Source: Parcubacteria group bacterium Gr01-1014_31 (GTDB taxonomy: Bacteria; Patescibacteriota; Patescibacteriia; Buchananbacterales; GWA2-38-13). Taken from it: a DNA stretch of 64,000 nt. A model generated the notes under the pieces. That model saw only the letters and a program-made list of their open reading frames with translations. It did no database searches and had not been told where the DNA came from. Shown in pieces: positions 9,947-16,487 of the stretch (position 1 is the stretch's first letter; the number at the start of each line of letters is the position of its first letter). A program made the translations under genes and the position numbers. The stretch covers positions 4,141-68,140 of the forward strand of contig VMFR01000005.1 in NCBI GenBank assembly GCA_007376135.1, in the 5' to 3' direction.

Positions 9947-10307
9947 GCGGTTGAGAAACAAATGTTATGGACAACGAATTGACACAATGGCGGGTGTTCT
10001 TCGGGGTCATTCCCTCGCCCTCGAAGACATGGCCCAAATGGCCGCCGCACCGCGCGCAGGTGATCTCGGTCCGCAGGCCGTCGGCATCCAGCGTCCGCTG
10101 CACGGCGCCCGGAAAATGGTCGTCAAAACTGGGCCAGCCGCAGCCGGCATCGAACTTCGCCTCGGACGTGAACAGCGGATTGCCACACCGCCGGCAAACG
10201 TACGTGCCGGGCTCGAAGAACGCGTCGTACGTGCCCGAGAACGGCCGCTCCGTGCCCTTGCCCACGATCACGGCTTCCTCCTCCGGGGTCAACGGATTGA
10301 ATTGCAT
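9930..10307 (-). CDS. msrB: Peptide-methionine (R)-S-oxide reductase
   Basis: [35 protein letters not shown]. Confidence 0.96.
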   Translation of the reverse strand: MQFNPLTPEEEAVIVGKGTERPFSGTYDAFFEPGTYVCRRCGNPLFTSEAKFDAGCGWPSFDDHFPGAVQRTLDADGLRTEITCARCGGHLGHVFEGEGMTPKNTRHCVNSLSITFVSQPHGAQK

Positions 10308-10504
10308 AGACGAGTATGATTATTATAACGAATCTGATACGGCGGCCACAAGGACCGCCCTGATGCCCATCCCCACACTCTGGGAGCAACTCCGCACGAC
10401 CACCGGTCCGCCGGTGTGCGCCGTTGCCGCTGTGTGTGGCTGATGGTAGAATATGCCGTATACCGTTCTTTCCGAAGTGATTAGTCTCTAACCGACAAAT
10501 CCGT

Positions 10505-12298
10505 ATGAAAAAAATATCCGTCGCGTTCATGACGCTGGCCCTGGCCGCCAGCACCCTCGCGCCGCTCGGCGGCGTCCAGCCCGTCCTCGCCCAGAGTAAA
10601 CTGAGCGAAGGCACGGTCGTGAAGGTCAAAGGATCGACCTCTCTCTACTACATCGGTTCGGCCGGCAAACGCTACGTCTTCCCGAACGAGCAAACGTTCC
10701 TCAGCTGGTACGATGACTTCTCCGGCGTCGTCGAGGCCAACCCGCAGGACGTCGCGCCGTTGCTGATCGGCGGCAACGTCCGCTACAAGCCGGGCGCGCT
10801 CCTCATCAAGATCGAGAGCGACCCGAAGGTCTACGCGGTCTCATCCAACGGCGTCATCCGCTGGGTCAAGACTGAAACGCTTGCCAAACAATTGTACGGC
10901 GACAAGTGGAACCTGCTGGTCGATGACGTACCCGTCGCGTTCTTCGCCAACTACAACGTCGGCACCGCTATCGAGAGCGCCGCTGAATTCGACCCGGAGG
11001 GCGAGGAAACCGTCACCCTCACCATCAGCGACAGTTTCCGTGCACGAATAGTCGCCAAGCAGGTGAGTAAAAACCTGGAGGAGTGCGAAAAGGCGGAAAA
11101 CCAGCTCGCCAAGATCCAAAAGCGTCTGCGCAAGCGCGGTTTATCCGTTGATTCGGTCGTGGATGGCTTCATTCAGCGCTGCATCGCGTCCGCCATCCAG
11201 CCGCTTGGCCCGGGACAGCCGATTCCGGTCAATAATGATGACGATGATGATGATAACGACGGAAAGAAGGTGACCATCTGCCATATTCCGCCGGGCAACG
11301 CGTCAGCCAAAACCACCATCAGCATCGGCTGGGCGGCGTTAAAGGCCCACATCAAGCACGGTGACACCCTCGGCGCGTGCAGTGGGCAAACCCACGGCGA
11401 CACCACCGCGCCGGTCATCTCCGCTATCGTTACCACGCCGCACGCCACCTCGACCGACATCGGCTGGACGACCAATGAGCCCGCGACCAGCAAAGTGGTC
11501 TACGCGACCCAAACGCTCGCGACCGCCTCCAGCACGTTCGCCGTCGCCAACGGCAGCCTGGTCACCACGCATGCCGCGATGCTCCCCAACCTCACCCCGT
11601 CCACGCTCTACTACTTCCGCGTAGAATCGGCGGACGCCAAAGGGAACGTTGCGACCTCGACGGAGCAGACCTTCACCACCACGGCTGGCCCCGCGCCGGC
11701 CGACACCACAGCGCCGGTCATTTCGCAGCTTTCCGCCACGTCAACCAACCAGACCACCGCGTCGGTCACCTGGCAGACCAATGAAAACGCCACCGGCAAG
11801 GTCACCTATGCCACCCAGCCGTTGAGCACGGCCACCACGACGCAGATGGCCACGCACGCTGGCCTGATGACCAGCCACGCCATCAATCTGTCCGGTCTGA
11901 CCGCTTCCACGACCTACCACTTTCGCGTGGAATCGGCCGACGGCAGCGGCAACACGGCCACCTCCAGCGAGATGACCTTCACTACGAAGCCCGTCCCGCC
12001 GCCGGTGGACACAACCGCGCCCATCATTTCGGGCCTGACGGTCACCCCGCATGCCACGACCACCGTCGTTGCCTGGACAACGAACGAGGCCAGCACGAGC
12101 AAGGCGACGTTCGCCACGCAGACGCTGGTGACGGCGACCAGCAGCCAGATGGTGTTCAACGCTTCGCTCACGACCTCGCATTCGTTGACGCTTTCGAACC
12201 TTGCGACCTCAACCTTGTACTTTTTCCTCGTGACGTCTGCCGACGCCAGTGGCAACACGGCCACCAGCACGGAGACGACCTTCCTGACCCTGCCGTAG
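10505..12298 (+). CDS. Secreted or surface protein with three fibronectin-III-like repeats
   Basis: Signal peptide; N-terminal YYIG..GKRYVFPNE.TF.SWY domain; poly-Asp run; KVTICHIPPGN..HGDTLGAC module; three DTTAP.IS...W.TNE....Y.F.V.SAD..GN.ATS repeats. Confidence 0.85.
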   Translation: MKKISVAFMTLALAASTLAPLGGVQPVLAQSKLSEGTVVKVKGSTSLYYIGSAGKRYVFPNEQTFLSWYDDFSGVVEANPQDVAPLLIGGNVRYKPGALLIKIESDPKVYAVSSNGVIRWVKTETLAKQLYGDKWNLLVDDVPVAFFANYNVGTAIESAAEFDPEGEETVTLTISDSFRARIVAKQVSKNLEECEKAENQLAKIQKRLRKRGLSVDSVVDGFIQRCIASAIQPLGPGQPIPVNNDDDDDDNDGKKVTICHIPPGNASAKTTISIGWAALKAHIKHGDTLGACSGQTHGDTTAPVISAIVTTPHATSTDIGWTTNEPATSKVVYATQTLATASSTFAVANGSLVTTHAAMLPNLTPSTLYYFRVESADAKGNVATSTEQTFTTTAGPAPADTTAPVISQLSATSTNQTTASVTWQTNENATGKVTYATQPLSTATTTQMATHAGLMTSHAINLSGLTASTTYHFRVESADGSGNTATSSEMTFTTKPVPPPVDTTAPIISGLTVTPHATTTVVAWTTNEASTSKATFATQTLVTATSSQMVFNASLTTSHSLTLSNLATSTLYFFLVTSADASGNTATSTETTFLTLP

Positions 12299-12316
12299 GG
12301 TCCCGCGAATGAGGAA

Positions 12317-12347
12317 CAAAACCGCCCCGCTTAAGCGGGGCGGTTTT
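12317..12347. terminator. Bidirectional terminator
   Basis: AAAACCGCCCCGC-TTAA-GCGGGGCGGTTTT between convergent genes. Confidence 0.75.
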
Positions 12348-12348
12348 G

Positions 12349-12855
12349 TTATTTGGAAACCTGGTAGTACAGCGGGGTGCCGTTCGGTCCGTTGCTGGAC
12401 GCCTGCAGCACGCCCGTGCCGGCATTGGGCGTGGGCGCGGTCAGCCCCGGCAGCGTGACCGTCTCTCTGGTGTTCTCAAAATTCGCGTACAGGACGCAGT
12501 GGCCGTCAGCGGTTGCCGTATAACGGTAGTTGGTCGCCGCATCCGTGCCGGTCTTGGGGTCTTTGGGCAGGTTGGTCAGCGCCGATGCGAATTGCGGGTA
12601 CTTGGTCCGCAACTCGGCGGCAACCTCCGCCAGGTCGTAATCGCCCGCTCCGGCATCGGGCAGATAGCACTCGCTGCTCATCAGCATCCGGCCCATCTGG
12701 CTCATGGTGTGCAGACGCTTGGTGTCCCGCGCCTTGCCCACGACGCCGCTGAGCGAAACGATGACCAGTGTCGCCAGTATCCCGACAATAGCTACGACGA
12801 CTAATAATTCAAGAAGGCTGAACCCGCTGCGAAAAGATCCTGTCCGCATACCCAT
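12349..12855 (-). CDS. Prepilin-type N-terminal cleavage/methylation domain protein
   Basis: SGFSLLELLVVVAIVGILA, KARDTKR, LPKDP motifs. Confidence 0.9.
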   Translation of the reverse strand: MGMRTGSFRSGFSLLELLVVVAIVGILATLVIVSLSGVVGKARDTKRLHTMSQMGRMLMSSECYLPDAGAGDYDLAEVAAELRTKYPQFASALTNLPKDPKTGTDAATNYRYTATADGHCVLYANFENTRETVTLPGLTAPTPNAGTGVLQASSNGPNGTPLYYQVSK

Positions 12856-12871
12856 CAAACTATTCTACTAT

Positions 12872-13155
12872 TCACCCCGTTAGAGATTCGCAAGTGAACG
12901 CTTGAGGCGATTCTTCAGATAACGTTTCCCCATGCCGGATTTGAGATACGTCTCGCGTGCCCGCGCATCATCTTCGTTCAGACACGCTTCGTAATACAGC
13001 AGCCGAAACTGGCCTCGATGTTTAGTTGATTGGACCGTTCGTTCATTATGGATCCTCAAGCGTTCACGCAGATCGCTCGTATAACCGGTGTACCAACGTT
13101 TGTCCTTCAAACTTTGTAGTACGTAAGTGTAGAACATGAATCTCTAACGGGGTGA
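12872..13155. mobile_element. Putative 284-bp mini-element: GIY-YIG gene bounded by perfect 18-bp inverted repeats
   Basis: TCACCCCGTTAGAGATTC (12872-12889) and GAATCTCTAACGGGGTGA (13138-13155) are exact reverse complements. One abuts the ATG and the other contains the TAA stop. Mobility is inferred. Confidence 0.65.
12880..13137 (-). CDS. Small standalone GIY-YIG nuclease
   Basis: YTYVLQS...WYTGYTSDLRERL..HN, LLYYEAC, ARARETYLKSG.G. Confidence 0.92.
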   Translation of the reverse strand: MFYTYVLQSLKDKRWYTGYTSDLRERLRIHNERTVQSTKHRGQFRLLYYEACLNEDDARARETYLKSGMGKRYLKNRLKRSLANL

Positions 13156-13194
13156 GCGCGAATAGTACCATTGAACGAAATCTGGTAAATACGG

Positions 13195-13455
13195 CTAGAG
13201 AAGGGAGAGCAACTGCTTGACGATAACATGCTGCTGCCGAGCCAGAGCGTAGCAAACCAGCAGACTCTGCTTCTCGTACTCAATAATGTCGGCGGCCGAA
13301 AGGACCCGCAAATGCTTGGAAGTTGCCTTGAACGAAAGGCGAATTGCTTCGGCAATATCGCCCACCGGAGCCCCGGGGTGGCGCTTTAAATACTGCAAAA
13401 TTGCCAGCCGGCGGCGGTTGGCAGTCGCTTTCATCAGTTTCTCCAGGTTCTTCAT
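13195..13455 (-). CDS. ArsR/SmtB family HTH regulator
   Basis: KATANRRRLAILQYL..VGDIAEAIRLSFKATSKHLRVL. Confidence 0.88.
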   Translation of the reverse strand: MKNLEKLMKATANRRRLAILQYLKRHPGAPVGDIAEAIRLSFKATSKHLRVLSAADIIEYEKQSLLVCYALARQQHVIVKQLLSLL

Positions 13456-13482
13456 GCTCCCAAGCTTATCACAAGTCCTGCA

Positions 13483-13516
13483 CCTATGGAACTATTCGCG
13501 CGAATAGTTCCATAGG
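13483..13516. repeat. Perfect 34-bp palindrome
   Basis: CCTATGGAACTATTCGC|GCGAATAGTTCCATAGG between the helicase stop and the arsR start. Related half-sites occur at 12866-12873/13156-13171 and 14884-14950. Confidence 0.85.
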
Positions 13517-13527
13517 ATGAACGGGGT

Positions 13528-14862
13528 TTACAGCAGAGCGGACGGATGACGGCACTGCGCAAGGAACTCCCGCTGCACCTTTTTCCGTTCCAGCAGACCC
13601 ACCTCCCGGAGGAAGGCGGCATCCTGCGCCGACTGCTCGCGCAATTTTTTGTCCAGCACGATAACCTGCTCATTCACCTGCAGCGCCAGGTCGTTGAGCC
13701 CGACCAACTTGATGCCGGCCAGCGTTCGCACGCGCGAGAGCGCCACGTACCCCATCCCGTATTCGAAGGTCTTTCCCAGGTCTATTTCGGCGCAATCCAG
13801 GCTCATACCCTGGCTCTTGTGCACGGTAATGGCCCACGCCAGCCGAAGTGGTATTTGGATGATGGACGCCAGGACCTTGCCGTCGTCCTCAATTGCCCAC
13901 GTTTCCGTCTGGGCTTTTATCTCCTCCCCGCTCAGCGTGGTAACCATAGGAAAACCGTCGTCCTCGTCAAACCCCGTCACGGTGCCGATGGTGCCGTTCA
14001 CGTAGCCCCGGTTGAAATTGTTCCGGATGAACATCACCACCGCCCCGACCTTCAGCGGCAGCTCCTGGTGGGCCAAGCAACCCCGCTGCAGCTCTTCTAC
14101 AAGGTGCGGGATGCCAATCGCTCGCATCGTGAACACTTTTTCCTCGCCGGGCAGTTTGTCGAGTTGCGTGAGATTGTACGCGTCCACGTCCGAATTGTGC
14201 GTGTACAGCAGCGTCGGCCGCACGATGCCGGCAACGGGCTGGTGCAGGCGTTCGCGCAGAATGTCGCGCGTCTCATCGGACACCCGGTTTTCTCGGATAT
14301 CGTTGAGTACGCGCAAAAACCGCTCATCGGCCTGCCGGTACTGCTCTTCCAGATAGCACACGGCAACGTCGGCGTTCTGCCAAGCTGCCGACTCGACGGC
14401 AAACCGGGGATCCTGGCCGTCGCGGGGCACGGGCGGCAGCTGGAAAAAATCTCCGCAGAACACTATCTGCAAACCGCCGAACGGCCGCAGGTCCTGCCGT
14501 ATAGATTTGCAGATGAGGTCCACCAGGTCCAACCGCTTGGCGTTCAGCATGGAAATTTCGTCGATGACCAAAACGCTGGCATAGTGCACGCGCGGCCACA
14601 GCTGCTCTTTTTCCAGCACCCTTTTCAGCTGCGCGTCGTTCAGCGTTTCGTGGATGCCCATACCGATCCATGAGTGGATGGTTCGGCCGTTCAAGTGCGT
14701 CGCGGCAATGCCGGTCGGCGCGGTGACCCCGACGTTGACCTTGTGTTTCAGAAGATACTCGATGTACCGGTTCAGCAAAAAAGTCTTGCCGCTCCCCGCC
14801 GGGCCGGTGAGAAAGACATTCCTGCCCGTCTTGAGCATTTCGTACGCCTCAAACCGCCGCAT
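13528..14862 (-). CDS. PIF1-family 5'-3' DNA helicase (SF1B)
   Basis: GPAGSGKT, APTGIAA, DEISM, PFGGLQIVFCGDFFQLPPV, QIPLRLAWAITVHKSQG, YVALSR. Confidence 0.93.
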   Translation of the reverse strand: MRRFEAYEMLKTGRNVFLTGPAGSGKTFLLNRYIEYLLKHKVNVGVTAPTGIAATHLNGRTIHSWIGMGIHETLNDAQLKRVLEKEQLWPRVHYASVLVIDEISMLNAKRLDLVDLICKSIRQDLRPFGGLQIVFCGDFFQLPPVPRDGQDPRFAVESAAWQNADVAVCYLEEQYRQADERFLRVLNDIRENRVSDETRDILRERLHQPVAGIVRPTLLYTHNSDVDAYNLTQLDKLPGEEKVFTMRAIGIPHLVEELQRGCLAHQELPLKVGAVVMFIRNNFNRGYVNGTIGTVTGFDEDDGFPMVTTLSGEEIKAQTETWAIEDDGKVLASIIQIPLRLAWAITVHKSQGMSLDCAEIDLGKTFEYGMGYVALSRVRTLAGIKLVGLNDLALQVNEQVIVLDKKLREQSAQDAAFLREVGLLERKKVQREFLAQCRHPSALL

Positions 14863-14891
14863 AACATCAAAATACGACTATTCTACTAATT

Positions 14892-14940
14892 TACCCCGCT
14901 AAAAGCGGGGTTCGCTCTCACCCCGCCAACGGCGGGGTAA
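14892..14940. repeat. Two tandem ACCCCG-n-CGGGGT hairpins
   Basis: TACCCCGCTAAAAGCGGGGT and TCACCCCGCCAACGGCGGGGTAA; the termini match those of the GIY-YIG inverted repeat. Confidence 0.75.
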
Positions 14941-14959
14941 ATAGTACCATGGTGGGTTT

Positions 14960-15160
14960 TTAGGGTTTGGGGTGAGTGTGCTGCACGCGGCCGACCACAC
15001 CGCTCTGCAAGCGGACCTTGATGCCGTGCGGATGGGTCGCGGAACTGGTCAAAATCTCCTGCACGATGCCGCGGGTCAGTTTCCCCGTCCGCTGGTCTTC
15101 TTTTTGGATAATGTCCACCTCCAAGCCTTCGACAATGTCTTCCCTATTTGGCACGGTCAT
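14960..15160 (-). CDS. YwbE family (DUF2196) protein
   Basis: VDIIQKEDQRTGKLTRGIV..ILT.S..HPHGIKVRL..G.VGRVQ. Confidence 0.9.
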   Translation of the reverse strand: MTVPNREDIVEGLEVDIIQKEDQRTGKLTRGIVQEILTSSATHPHGIKVRLQSGVVGRVQHTHPKP

Positions 15161-15408
15161 ATTTTTCTAAAGAATCTAGAACGCTCAACAATATAGGCGG
15201 CAAGTTCTGGCTTGGTAAGACTTTCACCTAATTTTCTCTTGATCCTCAACCCAATCTGACGTATACGCTCCCTTGTTACACCCATTTCCTCACCGACTTC
15301 CTGGAGCGTCTTCCCTTCAAGTCGCAGGCTTAGGATTTTCTTTTCGCGAGGAGTGAGAAAATCTTCCTGCATTATCTTTTGCAAAACCGTGCTGTACTGC
15401 TGGGGCAT
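15157..15408 (-). CDS. Standalone sigma-70 region 4 HTH protein
   Basis: [33 protein letters not shown], closely matching region 4.2 of the RpoD in this window. Confidence 0.8.
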   Translation of the reverse strand: MPQQYSTVLQKIMQEDFLTPREKKILSLRLEGKTLQEVGEEMGVTRERIRQIGLRIKRKLGESLTKPELAAYIVERSRFFRKI

Positions 15409-15459
15409 AACTGTACTTATTTCTCCGTCATTGATGTGAGAAATACTGAATATAATTTA

Positions 15460-15531
15460 CGCCCTCGGCAGGACTTGAACCTGCAAATCCTCGTTAGAAC
15501 CGAGGCAGTTTATCCGTTAGCTTACGAGGGC
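15460..15531 (-). tRNA. tRNA-Arg (TCT)
   Basis: Cloverleaf: acceptor GCCCTCG/CGAGGGC, anticodon arm CCTCG-GTTCTAA-CGAGG, T arm GCAGG-TTCAAGT-CCTGC; no encoded CCA. Confidence 0.85.
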
Positions 15532-15603
15532 ATGATTCCGACCCAGCACTGCCCCCTTCTCTTCTGCGGTGTAAACATAATCCCTGGAAACTATTCCCCT
15601 ATT

Positions 15604-15624
15604 TACCCCGCTGATAAGCGGGGT
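15604..15624. repeat. ACCCCG-n-CGGGGT hairpin copy
   Basis: TACCCCGCTGATAAGCGGGGT, near-identical to the 14892 hairpin and also followed by TCGC. Confidence 0.7.
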
Positions 15625-15673
15625 TCGCGCTTGACCCGCCGTTGGTAGTGGCGAATTAGAGAATGGGTTGAGT

Positions 15674-16474
15674 TTAGTAGAAGGTCATGTCGGGGTCGAA
15701 CTGACGGAGTTTCTTTGGCATGACGTCGTCGAGGTGATCCAGATCTTCGGGTACCAGCTCGATGAGCGGCAGTTTATATTTTGCGTACAGCGCTTGTTTG
15801 ATCGCCTTGCGCTTCAAGTAATCGGGCTTATCGTTCATGCCCCAAAATTCCACATACACACCCATCCGTTTCGTCGGCAACGGGATCAAAAAATCACACA
15901 CCAACGGTTCGGCCACCGGCACCCGTCGCTCATACCCATGCGGAATCAAATTGTGGTACAGCCAGTTGTCGATCGTTACCTCGGCGAAACTCCGAACATA
16001 GTGGCCGTCATCGGTGAATTTTTCGGGGTGGAACTCGTCACTGAAACGGAAATCGTGCTCCCAGGAGGTTTCGACATGATACTTCCCAAACGTCCGTTCG
16101 ACGGCCGCAACTTCCGCTGGCGTAAGCACCACCGGCGGGTAGTAACCTGTTTTCACTTTCTGAAAATTCAGCGCGCCTTTCAGCTGGAGACGGGTTAGTT
16201 GATAACGCCGGATTTTCCAAATCACACGCACCTGCTGCGAAAATTTTCCACCCCACGCCTCTGGAACTATATTGCCCTGCACCGTACCCAGCGCACGGAA
16301 CGTGCCGAACAGCCGCTCGGACATCAAATTGTACAGGTAGACAAAATCACCCTCGAGCAACTCCGCTAGCTGTTTCGCATGGATTGGCTTCTCTCCAAAC
16401 AACATCCGCTGGAAACACTCGTCCTGTGTGACATTAGTACAACGGAAAATATAGCCTTTGGGTGTGGACGGCAT
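15674..16474 (-). CDS. DCD-domain plus PD-(D/E)XK-like nuclease fusion; putative modification-dependent restriction enzyme
   Basis: N-terminal GYIFRCTNVTQDECFQRMLFG..GDFVYLYN..RLFGTF..AWGGKFSQQVRV resembles DCD; C-terminal DGHYVRS.AEV.IDNWLY...CDF...YVEFWG resembles a nuclease module; ATG 16474. Confidence 0.75.
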   Translation of the reverse strand: MPSTPKGYIFRCTNVTQDECFQRMLFGEKPIHAKQLAELLEGDFVYLYNLMSERLFGTFRALGTVQGNIVPEAWGGKFSQQVRVIWKIRRYQLTRLQLKGALNFQKVKTGYYPPVVLTPAEVAAVERTFGKYHVETSWEHDFRFSDEFHPEKFTDDGHYVRSFAEVTIDNWLYHNLIPHGYERRVPVAEPLVCDFLIPLPTKRMGVYVEFWGMNDKPDYLKRKAIKQALYAKYKLPLIELVPEDLDHLDDVMPKKLRQFDPDMTFY

Positions 16475-16487
16475 AAAAACAGCAAAA

